DNA of 57,417 bases from Coleofasciculus sp. B1-GNL1-01. Its GTDB lineage: Bacteria > Cyanobacteriota > Cyanobacteriia > Cyanobacteriales > Coleofasciculaceae. The position numbers were made by a program, and so were the translations under genes. The notes under the pieces are model-generated. The model was not told the origin of the DNA, ran no database searches, and saw nothing but the letters and a program-made list of their open reading frames with translations. Position 1 is the first letter of the stretch; every line of letters starts with the position of its first letter. Where the stretch lies: assembly GCA_040220235.1 (NCBI GenBank), contig JAVJTO010000046.1; one strand, 5' to 3'. Shown piece by piece: positions 48,194 to 57,417 of the stretch.

Positions 48194-48982
48194 TTAGAAT
48201 TGATTGATGCGAACGTCCAAATCCTTTTTAACTACCAGCAGGCTATTGGTTGGGCAACTGTGCCAATTCCCCGCAAATAAGGGTTCAGAGGCAATGAGGA
48301 CAGCGTTAGAGTAATTGAGTTCATCCCTTACCCAGTATAGGGTGGGCGCACTGCTACCCGATGCGTAGCGACTAGCAGCGAGGCTATGCCCATCACTGAT
48401 AATCACATTGGCAGAAAAGTTGACGTGGTAGGATTCGGCTAATGTTGTCAACTGGATCAGGGTTTGGGATAAGGCTTTCTCTAAGGAAGCATCGGGAATC
48501 GTTTGCACTTCATTGACAAGGAGGGCAAAAATATGCTCAGAATCAGTCGTACCGTGAATTGACTGGTAAATTTCATCACTCAGGCGATCGCGAATCGGTC
48601 GATAGAGCGTTTGACGGAACCGTTCGATAAAACCATTGTGAATGAATAAGATGCGATCGCGACGAAAGGGTTGACAGTTTCCCATGTCTAAAGCTTGACC
48701 GGGCGTCGCACTACGAACATACGCCAGTACACAGTCGGATTGCACATAACGGCTCAATTCCGGTAGATTCGTATCGTTCCAGATGGGTAGCGTATTTTTG
48801 TAGGTAAATGGATTAACATCCTGGGTGGAGTGATACCAGCCAATGCCCAATCCATCCGCATTGACAACCCCCGATGTCATCTCCTGGGGTAAGTAACTCT
48901 GGACAACCAGAGAACGTTCAGGTTTATACAAAAGGTGATTGAGTTGGACAGGGGAACCCAGGTAGCCCAGTAATCGGCACAT
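48194..48982 (-). CDS. egtC: Ergothioneine biosynthesis amidohydrolase EgtC (class II glutamine amidotransferase fold)
   Basis: N-terminal MCRLLGY, SLVVQSY.P.EM..G.VNADG.GIGWY, PIWND.N, VRSAT, HNG and GTTDSE motifs. Confidence 0.85.
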   Translation of the reverse strand: MCRLLGYLGSPVQLNHLLYKPERSLVVQSYLPQEMTSGVVNADGLGIGWYHSTQDVNPFTYKNTLPIWNDTNLPELSRYVQSDCVLAYVRSATPGQALDMGNCQPFRRDRILFIHNGFIERFRQTLYRPIRDRLSDEIYQSIHGTTDSEHIFALLVNEVQTIPDASLEKALSQTLIQLTTLAESYHVNFSANVIISDGHSLAASRYASGSSAPTLYWVRDELNYSNAVLIASEPLFAGNWHSCPTNSLLVVKKDLDVRINQF

Positions 48983-49071
48983 GCTTATCTTCCATTGAAT
49001 CCAATTGCATTTTAGGCTGAAGTGATAACTTTAGTGTAGTCTGCCAATTTAACAGTTATTGAACTTTGCAC

Positions 49072-49218
49072 TAAATACCTGGACATCAATTTGGTTAAAG
49101 ATTATACAAACTCATAAGTCCTTTGCTGCTTCCTGTTCCCTGTTACACACCGAGCGAAGCCGAGGTGTTCCCTGTTCCCTAATCTCAACCATCCACTTTA
49201 ATTTTGTCTGACTCCTGA
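49072..49218. mobile_element. Degenerate IS630-type MITE, second copy
   Basis: Similar to 21967-22097 at both ends and internally; its right end abuts the ATG at 49218. Confidence 0.5.
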
Positions 49219-49859
49219 TGAACTATATTATTAACAATCCTGAAGATATTATTCAATTAACGCTCGAACATCTTCAGATGACGAGTTTAGCCGTACTGAT
49301 TGCTGTGGCGATCGCGCTTCCCTTATCAGTACTGATCACGCGCTACCGTTGGCTGAATATCCCCATTTTAGGAATTCTGGGTATCCTCTACACCATACCC
49401 AGTTTGGCGCTAATTATTCTGCTTGTACCACTTTTGGGCTTGAATCGTCAATCGGTAGTAGTAGCGATGATTCTCTATACCCAAGTGATTCTGGTGCGAA
49501 ATTTTTTAGTCGCTTTACAATCGATTGATCCGAAAATTTTAGAAGCCGCACGCGGGATGGGAATGAATGCTTGGCAACGCTGGTGGTGGGTACAAGTTCC
49601 CCTAATTTTACCCATTGGTATAGCCGGAATCCGTTTGGCAACCATTGTCGCGATCGCGATCTCCACAATTGGTGCTAAATTTGGGGCGGGAGGATTAGGA
49701 ATTCTCCTTTTTGATGGGGTTTCTCAGAGTCGCTACGATAAAATTTGGGCGGGGGCAATTACTGTGGCGATTTTGGCGTTTGCTTTAAATGGTATCTTGC
49801 TAGGATTACAGTGGTTATCTAATCCGCAACGAAAAATCAAGCTGATGAGTGATGGTTGA
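49218..49859 (+). CDS. ABC transporter permease, OpuBB/ProW (quaternary amine) family
   Basis: EHLQMT, YTIPSLAL, EAARGMGM (EAA motif) and GAGGLG. Confidence 0.9.
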   Translation: MNYIINNPEDIIQLTLEHLQMTSLAVLIAVAIALPLSVLITRYRWLNIPILGILGILYTIPSLALIILLVPLLGLNRQSVVVAMILYTQVILVRNFLVALQSIDPKILEAARGMGMNAWQRWWWVQVPLILPIGIAGIRLATIVAIAISTIGAKFGAGGLGILLFDGVSQSRYDKIWAGAITVAILAFALNGILLGLQWLSNPQRKIKLMSDG

Positions 49860-49982
49860 TTGGGGATTGGTACTGTTTAAAACCCGTAGCGAGCAAGATG
49901 CTCGTACTTCTCCAATTTATGATCAGCTAGGGGGAGCATCTCGCTTCCTGCTATTCCGAATGGGTTTACCGAATAGGTGGCT

Positions 49983-50627
49983 TTACACCCTGTGGAAAGA
50001 TGTTAATCGTTGTAGAGTACTCAAACCCACCTCTGCGACTAATGCCAATATTGCCACCGGAATGGCACCAACTAATAGAATACTTTGATCATAAAGTGCA
50101 AATCCCAACACGATAAAACTGCCCAATCCCCCTGCACCAATAAAAGCAGCTAGAGTCGCACTGGCAATCACCTCGACTGTCGCGGTTTTAATCCCAGCAA
50201 TGATCACGGGTAAGACTAAGGGGATTTCGATTTGTTGCAGAATTTGCCGGGGAGACATCCCCATCCCTTTTGCGGCTTCGATGATAGTGGGTTCAATATT
50301 GCGAAAGGCGACATCTGTGCTGATCAAAATTGGTGGTAGTGCTAAAAGCGTCAACGCTACCGCCGCCGATTTGAAGCTAAGCCCCAAATAGGGAATGGCA
50401 ACAAATAAAATAGCTAAACTGGGAATAACTCGTAAGCCATTGACAGTATTAATCAAGACAGTTGAGGCGGTTCGCGATCGCGCACTCAGCAGCCCTAACG
50501 GTAAACCCAGCACTAAGCTGATTGTCAGTGGCACGAGTACCAATAGCAGATGTTGCCCTAGGGCTTCCCTAAAGTTGTCTGGATGACTAGCAATATAATT
50601 TAGGACTTCAGTAAATTTCTGAAACAT
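49983..50627 (-). CDS. ABC transporter permease, OpuBB/ProW family
   Basis: QHLLLV, RVIPSLAIL, EAAKGMGM and ATLAAFIGAGGLG motifs. Confidence 0.9.
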   Translation of the reverse strand: MFQKFTEVLNYIASHPDNFREALGQHLLLVLVPLTISLVLGLPLGLLSARSRTASTVLINTVNGLRVIPSLAILFVAIPYLGLSFKSAAVALTLLALPPILISTDVAFRNIEPTIIEAAKGMGMSPRQILQQIEIPLVLPVIIAGIKTATVEVIASATLAAFIGAGGLGSFIVLGFALYDQSILLVGAIPVAILALVAEVGLSTLQRLTSFHRV

Positions 50628-50924
50628 TTGAGTTTTTCAGCCATTAACGTTTATCATACAGTCATTCTGCCAGTGCCAGTGGCTGTAGTGATCAGGCTAT
50701 CTGCCCCAGTGTTTATCCCTACAACCCGGATTTTACTTGGTTTTCATGCTTTCATGTCAAGTTTTTCATCTTTCCCTGCACTATAGATCCTACGCTTACG
50801 GAATTCGGAAAAATCTTGGACAAGAAACTGAGATGTTCCGACGTTGGTGTTTCAGCAGGATGTCTAGATAAATTTTGAGGCATCTGTTGACATTTCGGTT
50901 ATTGTCAATTGTCGGAGCCAACTC

Positions 50925-51563
50925 ATGAGTATAAAAGTCATTGTTTTTGATTTTGATGGCACTTTAGCGGATACTTTCAACGCGATCGTCCGGATCGCGA
51001 ATCGTTTAGCGGACGACTTTGGATATAAACCGTTAATGCCATCAGATATTGAGAGAGTTAGAAATTTAAGCGCTCGCCAGATTATTAAAGAATCAGGAGT
51101 TCCATTATTCAAGATTCCTTTTTTGCTGAAGCGGATTCAATCAGAATTGCATCAGGATATTGAATTTTTAAAGCCTGTTGCTGGAATCCCTGATTTGTTA
51201 AAGGAGTTGAAGAATCAAGGGAAAATTATCGGTATCTTAACTTCAAACAGCGAAGAGAATGTTAGAGAATTCTTGAAAATACATGGTTTAGACTGTTTTT
51301 TTAGTTTTGTTTGTTCAGAACCTTCAATTTTTGGTAAATCACGCGCTTTAATAAACTTGATTAAATATCACTACTTTCAATCTAACTCTCTTATGTATAT
51401 AGGAGATGAAACGCGAGATATCTCCGCAGCTAAGAAGATTGACATGAAGGTGATAGCCGTAACTTGGGGATTTAATTCGTTCAGTGTATTAAACCAATAC
51501 AATCCTGATTTTTTAGCTGACCATCCTCCTGATGTATTGAATATTATCGCACAATTGGATTAA
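50925..51563 (+). CDS. HAD-superfamily hydrolase (phosphoglycolate phosphatase-like)
   Basis: FDFDGTLADT, ILTSN, YIGDETRD and VTWGF motifs. Confidence 0.9.
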   Translation: MSIKVIVFDFDGTLADTFNAIVRIANRLADDFGYKPLMPSDIERVRNLSARQIIKESGVPLFKIPFLLKRIQSELHQDIEFLKPVAGIPDLLKELKNQGKIIGILTSNSEENVREFLKIHGLDCFFSFVCSEPSIFGKSRALINLIKYHYFQSNSLMYIGDETRDISAAKKIDMKVIAVTWGFNSFSVLNQYNPDFLADHPPDVLNIIAQLD

Positions 51564-51581
51564 GTTTATATGGAAAAAGGG

Positions 51582-51623
51582 AATAGGCAATAGGCAATAA
51601 GCAATAGGCAATAGGCAATAGCA
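51582..51623. repeat. Heptamer STRR (AATAGGC) x6
   Basis: Read directly from the sequence. Confidence 0.9.
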
Positions 51624-52050
51624 GGAGAGAGATGCGTCGGTTTTTTGTGTCAGGAGAAACTGGTATTGGATTTCATGAATGAGCAAGAAAACACTATATC
51701 TGGATCTCCCCATCTACTCTATCTGCTACCTTTGAACACAACTTGGTATGAATTCCTGGCGGGTTAACGCTGTCACTTAGCGAGCGAGACGATCGCACTA
51801 CGGTTTCCTCGTGTCTTGGAGCCTTTGTCCTCTGCCTTGTCCCCGATCAAAACAGGGGGAGTTGATCTCGATTGAGTATAGATACGCGATCGCGCTGCTT
51901 GACACATCGGCAATGAAGCCAAGAAACAGTATTAGCTGAAATGCTTTAACAAAAGGGGTTTCAGCATTTTTTATGCCGAGAAATTACAGGTATAGCTGGA
52001 AAACCAAAGGCGTAACAGCGGATGCTCTCAAAAAAATTTTGCCAGAGGAC

Positions 52051-52080
52051 TTGCCAAATCATCCCTTTAGTGGGTAAGAT
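52051..52080 (+). promoter_or_regulatory. Likely sigma70 promoter of tRNA-Asn
   Basis: TTGCCA-N18-TAAGAT, 30 nt upstream of the tRNA, with an A-tract upstream. Confidence 0.55.
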
Positions 52081-52110
52081 TAGTAATCGTGGCAAGCGTT
52101 GAAGTCATGA

Positions 52111-52182
<72 letters not shown>

Positions 52183-52263
52183 TTAACAAATAAATTATTG
52201 TAGATGCTCAACACCAAGCTTGTTGCTCGGCGTTGAGAAAGATAGAAGGAGGAAGATAGAAGT

Positions 52264-53367
52264 TCAATCCCCTCTGTCATAAAGGATTTGGGCTAATTCA
52301 TTCCGTAATAAGGCTTCTTGCTGAGTTTCGCCGATCGCATTGGCGAGAGCGATCGCTTGTTCGTAAAATTGCTTCGCTTTCACTACATTGCCTCTGGCGA
52401 GGTAAAATTCGGCAAATAACCGTAGTGTAACGAGTTCTCTGCTTAAGCTTTCCTGTTCTTGGGCTAAGGCGAGATGCTGATTCAGGTATCGAATCGCCAG
52501 CAAATCTGGACCAATGATGCTATAGGATTTCGCCAATCCCCGCAGGGCGCGAAACTGATTGGAAATATCCTGGCTATCTTGTGCCAGTTGTAAGGTATAG
52601 CGATAGGAGCCAATTGCATCTTTGTAGGAGGCGATCGCGAAATAGGCATCGCCTAAATTATTACGGGTATTGGCTTCTCCCAAGGGATCACCCAAGCGCC
52701 GCCGCAAGGTTATCGCCGCTTTATACTGTTTAATCGCCTCTAAATAATCACCCCCACTAGCGGCGACTAAACCCAGGTTGCTTAAACTAAGTCCTTCCCC
52801 TTCGCGATCGCCCACCGTGCGAGCAATGGTTAGGGCTTCAGTAAAGCTTTCTTGAGCGGCGTCGAGATTGTTTGATTGCAGCAGCACCGTACCGACGTTA
52901 TTCAAGGCATAAATTTGTCCCTGAAAATCTTGGAGGAAACGAGCAACCCCTAACCGACGGCGCAGAGACTCTTCGGCTTGGGAAAAGCGTCCTAAATCAG
53001 CATAAGTCAGACCGATATAATTGTAAGCTAAGCCCTGCCCTTCAAAATCGCCAATTTTTTGATAAAGATCCAACGCCTGTTGCCAATAGGCGATCGCTTT
53101 TTGCAAATTTTCTTGACGCTTTGCCTCGCCTCCTAACCGCAGAAGTACATCCGCCTCATTTCTAGCTTCCCGTTGAAGGCTCCTATTCAAGGGAATCGTC
53201 AATTGCTCTTGTAAGTCAAAACCCTCGGTGCTTCGACTGCGCTCAGCCACCATGTCATTGGAGACGGTTTGACTTTGAGCCGGGTTACTCGCCAGCAGTA
53301 CCGCCCCAGAAATCAGAGCCATCGCTGTGCGACGAATCACCTTCACCGAGAGATATCCTCTGTTCAT
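52264..53367 (-). CDS. Secreted TPR protein
   Basis: Signal peptide ending AQS; ~40-aa repeats such as GD..GE...L.NLG. Confidence 0.88.
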   Translation of the reverse strand: MNRGYLSVKVIRRTAMALISGAVLLASNPAQSQTVSNDMVAERSRSTEGFDLQEQLTIPLNRSLQREARNEADVLLRLGGEAKRQENLQKAIAYWQQALDLYQKIGDFEGQGLAYNYIGLTYADLGRFSQAEESLRRRLGVARFLQDFQGQIYALNNVGTVLLQSNNLDAAQESFTEALTIARTVGDREGEGLSLSNLGLVAASGGDYLEAIKQYKAAITLRRRLGDPLGEANTRNNLGDAYFAIASYKDAIGSYRYTLQLAQDSQDISNQFRALRGLAKSYSIIGPDLLAIRYLNQHLALAQEQESLSRELVTLRLFAEFYLARGNVVKAKQFYEQAIALANAIGETQQEALLRNELAQILYDRGD

Positions 53368-53412
53368 GATCGGGAGATTTTTTGATCGGGATAAAGAATT
53401 TCTAACTTTAGT

Positions 53413-54072
53413 TTAAACGGGGACAGCGTTGGATTCGGACTTGCCATCGGCATGATCCGCCGCTTCCTGTAAGTAAATCTCGCGAATATCATCGGGTAAG
53501 TTTGCCTCTAATAGCTGATACCCTTGCTGGAGTTGACGTCTAACTTGAGCGGGTGCGATCGCTTCGCCTTCGGCTTGTAAATAAGCGGCGATGCGGGTTT
53601 CACTCCACTTAAAGGTTAACGCCATGATGATGATTAACCGCATGAGCGCAGGTAACTGCTCTAATGCCGCCTCCAGGTAACACCATAATGGCGGTGGTGC
53701 GGCTTGCAGGGTATAGTGAATAGACTCCACTGGGGGTAACTCCGCTTGATTGATGCAGACGGCTGTCATGTTAATCAGCCAGCTTTGGAAGGTATTGGAC
53801 TCACTCGCCGCCTCTTTGATGAAATCCATTCCCCGCAATTCATAGAAAATATGACGCCAAGTAAGGGCAAAGAGGTAGTCAGCTTGCACAGGCGATCGCG
53901 CCGAATGACGAATTAAGGTATAGACAATCGGACTATAGCGGCAAAAAATCGCCGTGAAATACTTTCCCTGTTCCGGATAGCGCTGAAACAGAGTCACCAG
54001 TTCGCGATCGCTGTAGTGAAACAGGGATTTGACTAGCGGATGGTTGGATTCAGAAAAATGTGGAATATGCAC
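53413..54072 (-). CDS. Sigma-70 (ECF)-like protein conserved in cyanobacteria
   Basis: SDRELV..F, IFCRYSPIVY, FQSWL and LEAALEQLP..MRLII resemble sigma regions 2 and 4. Confidence 0.65.
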   Translation of the reverse strand: MHIPHFSESNHPLVKSLFHYSDRELVTLFQRYPEQGKYFTAIFCRYSPIVYTLIRHSARSPVQADYLFALTWRHIFYELRGMDFIKEAASESNTFQSWLINMTAVCINQAELPPVESIHYTLQAAPPPLWCYLEAALEQLPALMRLIIIMALTFKWSETRIAAYLQAEGEAIAPAQVRRQLQQGYQLLEANLPDDIREIYLQEAADHADGKSESNAVPV

Positions 54073-54361
54073 AGTCTTTACGTTCTAGCTAGAATTCCGA
54101 ATGCGCGGCGTTAACGCTCAAGCAGATGCCTCCCCAATGCAGGTGTTCTCCCTTTGGTTAAGGATTTAACGGTGAGTTGCTGACGCCTATCATCCTTAGT
54201 ATGTATCTTGTACACCCCAAAGGATTAGCATAGCGCGTTGAGCTTAGCTAAAATTAGTAACATCTAGTAACATCTATAGGACATCAGATGGTATTCATCA
54301 TAAACCTGTAACAGGACAACCGATTCGTCAAACTTAAATCAACTCAACATAGCTTGTCAGA

Positions 54362-54958
54362 ATGATTCTATCAGTTGATATTATTGCCTTTCGACTACCG
54401 CTCCTGCCTTTGGGTGCTTTTTTACCGTCTCTGCCATTAGATAGCCTTTTTTCCACCCAAGGCATTATGGTTATGCTCTTGGCAGCTTACGCGGTGGCGA
54501 TGTGGATGTTTCTCACCAGTGCGCCAAAAGTACATACCATTATGGTGTCTGATTTGGAGGTGGCACGGCAGTTTTACGAAGGCTTGCTGGAATTGTCCGC
54601 AGCGGAAGTTCCCTTACATTACTACTACAACTATGAGCAAACCCTAGGTGCAACTGGGATCGATCCCCTCTATCTATCCACCAATACCGGAACCACGAGT
54701 GCGACTCAACTCCAAGGAACCGAGGGACTTTGGTATCAGCTTAAAAAAAATACCCAACTCCATGTCATTTCCGGTGCCAGCTATGGGAATAAAAATCGAC
54801 ACCGCCATGTCTGCTTTGATCATGATTGCTTAGAACAAGTGTTGATGCGGGTACAAATGCGACGCCTCAAGTATAAGGTTCGCGCTCAAAAACCGTTGAA
54901 TTTTTTAGTCAAGGATTTAGAGGGGCGCGTTATTGAAATGGCAGAAGTCTCGAATTAA
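54362..54958 (+). CDS. Glyoxalase/VOC-like domain membrane-anchored protein
   Basis: HTIMVSDLEVARQFYEGLL, HVCF and FLVKDLEGRVIEM motifs; N-terminal TM. Confidence 0.8.
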   Translation: MILSVDIIAFRLPLLPLGAFLPSLPLDSLFSTQGIMVMLLAAYAVAMWMFLTSAPKVHTIMVSDLEVARQFYEGLLELSAAEVPLHYYYNYEQTLGATGIDPLYLSTNTGTTSATQLQGTEGLWYQLKKNTQLHVISGASYGNKNRHRHVCFDHDCLEQVLMRVQMRRLKYKVRAQKPLNFLVKDLEGRVIEMAEVSN

Positions 54959-54964
54959 GGCATG

Positions 54965-55196
54965 TTGACACTCCCCGGTCTCGCATACGCGGGGATTCTG
55001 CTGACAGAGTAGATTGTGGTAATTCCCACAATCTAACTCTCGCTACGGTAGTCAAACACCGTCTACCCAGTCGGTTTAGGTCAATGCCTAACTTTCTGGC
55101 TACTTTTCTTAAAATATTGGCACTGCCATTTAAATCGGCATTTACAATCGAGCCATTCCTATTACGATACAAACCACGCTTTACTCGTCTTCCTGG
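54965..55196 (-). mobile_element. tnpB: 3' remnant of tnpB plus IS200/IS605 right end
   Basis: GRRVKRGLYR...NADLNGSANILRK (RuvC-III), then the hairpin TCCCCG..CGGGGA and terminal TGTCAA. Confidence 0.85.
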
Positions 55197-55221
55197 TTAG
55201 GGTCGAGGGGAGTATTACTAC

Positions 55222-56606
55222 TGGACTTTTATCGCCTTTAACCTTTACAAAAGTGGTGCTACTGCTGCTAAATTCCTTATGTAAAAGTAACCGCAGGGGT
55301 TCGCGTCCCCTGTTCTTGGTTGCGAATACCCAGTTGTTGCCATTTATGGTTGTCCAGTATTTGGTATGACCATCGTTGATGTTTCCACAACGACGTTTTG
55401 CCCATCTACGAAGTTTCAGGTATGTTAGGTGGTCTTGTTTGGATAGTTCTCCAAATGTTTGGGCATCGGAGTTTGAGAAGTAAGAAGTCCATCCCCTTAT
55501 TACAGGGTTAAGGTCTTTAATCAGAGCCGCTTGGGGTGAAGACCTGTGTTTTCTGATGATTCTTCCGACCTGTTCCTGATGTGCCTTACTCGCCTTCTTT
55601 GATGGGGTGATGAGTGTATTGAAACCCAATATCCTACCTTGAGCGTTTCTGTTGCTCCGATATTTACCAGCCGGGTATTGCTGGATGTGATGACCTAGAA
55701 AGTCAAATCCAGCGAATCCATCCTCACTTAACTCCCGGTGGAGCGTATGAGTTAGCCTCGTCTTTTCAGGTTTTAATTCCAGACCAATGCCAGCTAACCA
55801 TTCCGATATTATGTCTCGGCATCTTTGGACAACGGACTTATCCTGATGAAGGACAACGAAATCGTCGGCGTATCGAATTAGATTAGGTGTTTTAAAATTA
55901 GTTCCCTTTTTATGGAACCAAGTTTCCCTCATGGTATGAGACATTTCGGGAAATTCTTTTCTAATTCGCTCTTCCAATCCGTGGAGGGCAATGTTAGCCA
56001 ATAGCGGGGAAAGAGCATCTTTAAATGGTTGATGCAATCGAAACACTTGGCTATGTCAGCATCTAGTACATACTTCGCCTTTGAGTGTAGACAGTTCTTA
56101 ATCTGTCTAATTGCATCGTGGCTTGACCTCCCTGGTCTAAAACCGTAGGAGTTAGGCTCGAATACCGCTTCCCACTCCGGTTCTAGTGCCGTCTTGATGA
56201 CTGCTTGTAAGGCTCGGTCGTACATTGTGGGTATTCCTAATGGTCGCTTCTCATCTTTTCCAGGTTTTGGTATCCATATCCTACGAGTGGGATAGGATTT
56301 TCCGGTTAATTTGAGTTGACTTGCTAGCTCAGAACGTGCTGCTGGGGACAGGGATTTTATTCCGTCCACTCCTGCCGTTTTCTTGCCAGTATTATCTTGT
56401 GTTACCCGTCGTACCGATAAGACCTTATTAGACCAAGACCTCATCAGCGTCTTTTGGAGTTTACGAACTCGCTTGACATCTCCGCGACGTGAAGCAGCGT
56501 AGATTCGCTTTTGTAACTTAAAGACATACCGTTCGGCTGTGTGCCAATTGATAGCCTTCCATCCCTCAGTATTCTGTTGTGAATCTGATTTAGGCTTATA
56601 CATCAC
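55222..56606 (-). pseudogene. ltrA: Group II intron reverse transcriptase/maturase, frameshifted and truncated
   Basis: RT0 VRRVTQDN.GKKTAGVDG, RPLGIPT..DRA.Q, SYGFRPGRS, DADIAKCFD, SPLLANIAL, RYADD, GFDFLG and domain X LNPVIRGW. The GTPQGG region is deleted near 56020, and the ORF is cut after VKVKGDKSP. Confidence 0.9.
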
Positions 56607-56811
56607 TACTCCTGACTCTAGCTAGAACACATTGCGGTTCACGTCTGCATATCCTGGCAGTTACGCCATCCCTTTTCAGGCATTACCCGTTATTTCGGGT
56701 TAGGCATTTTGCTTCTTGAACCATCCCTCCTTATCCGTTGCATCTGGCTCGACTGCCTACCTTATCAATCGACCTCGATAAGGAGCGCAGGAAAGGTTAC
56801 TTCGTTCCTAC
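56607..56811 (-). ncRNA. Partial group II intron ribozyme (3' part of domain I to domain IV)
   Basis: Lies directly upstream of the RT ORF; contains GGAACGAAGTAACC and a CCCG-AAATAA-CGGG stem; no GTGCG 5' end or domain V/VI visible. Confidence 0.55.
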
Positions 56812-57046
56812 TAAGTAGTCGGACAAAAGAAAACGGCACTGTATGAAGTTTTGTAATCCTTGTTGGACATCGGTTGTGGAGAAAGACAATCTGGAGGAAA
56901 GGGGGGTGCGATCGCGTCCAGTCTAGGGGTAATTCTCCCCTCCTGGTCGGAAGGCTCTGTCTTACTATGGGATAAGGCTTGGCGCTATAGTCTAGTACAT
57001 CGGTATGGGAAAACTTACGGTTAATGTCTAAAAGGCGGATTTCCCA

Positions 57047-57417
57047 TCAACTTAAGTTTTTAATTTTTGACGGAAATCTAAATCTTTCTACCTTTAATCC
57101 TCGGTTTTTTTGTCGGCATTCAATTGCCCCTATTACCGCCTTAATCAAGTCATATTCATCCTCAAACATAGCAGCTGCTAATTCATCTTCTTTGACTCTT
57201 TGCCACTCCGGTTCAATAAGATTTAGTTCCGGTGAATAACTGGGCAATAAGAATATCAATAGCCCGAGTTCCGCCCATTTCTCATAATGGCTTTTCGTGA
57301 GTTTACTTATGTGTATAGAGCCTTGGTCTTGAACGACTACTGTCAATTTTCCGGTTTTTTCCCATCTTTCTTTAGCTTGAGTCGCTTGCCAATCCATTAA
57401 TTTTATATAACTCTCAC
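57047..57417 (-). mobile_element. IS630-family transposase, C-terminal part (runs off the window)
   Basis: VVVQDQGSIH and LPSYSPELNLIEPEW DDE motifs. Confidence 0.9.

Noticed and set aside
55162..56606. Retron, DGR or defence-associated reverse transcriptase, or programmed frameshift
   Set aside because: RT0, domain X and upstream RNA are group II intron type. The frame break coincides with loss of the essential PQG segment, so it is a deletion, not recoding.

Overview
57.4 kb chromosomal segment of a filamentous cyanobacterium. This is inferred from dense HIP1 GCGATCGC sites, heptamer STRR repeats and a light-dependent protochlorophyllide reductase; an Oscillatoriales/Coleofasciculus-like host is likely but not proven. 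Housekeeping genes (rnz, pckA, sodB, por, egtC, a P-type ATPase, a PfkB kinase, glycosyltransferases, tRNA-Asn) are interleaved with accessory DNA. Main candidate for an undescribed system (28.8-40.8 kb): a filamentous-haemagglutinin-family exoprotein, an exported TPR-CHAT caspase-like protease, a DUF928 protein, and a membrane receptor whose CHASE2 sensor is coupled only to three tandem cytoplasmic TIR domains (Toll-like topology). Other notable items: an internally deleted IsrB OMEGA element with an apparently complete omegaRNA-like leader; a group II intron RT remnant fused to a tnpB 3' end and IS200/IS605 terminus; a strictly 34-35 bp periodic HIP1 array; a HIP1-bounded repeat flanking a PemK/MazF toxin-antitoxin cassette; a sulfotransferase-like gene switched off by one 28-bp tandem duplication; a nuclease-bearing toxin-like ORF; and several REP/MITE families. 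All product calls come from motif recognition by eye; no database search was run.
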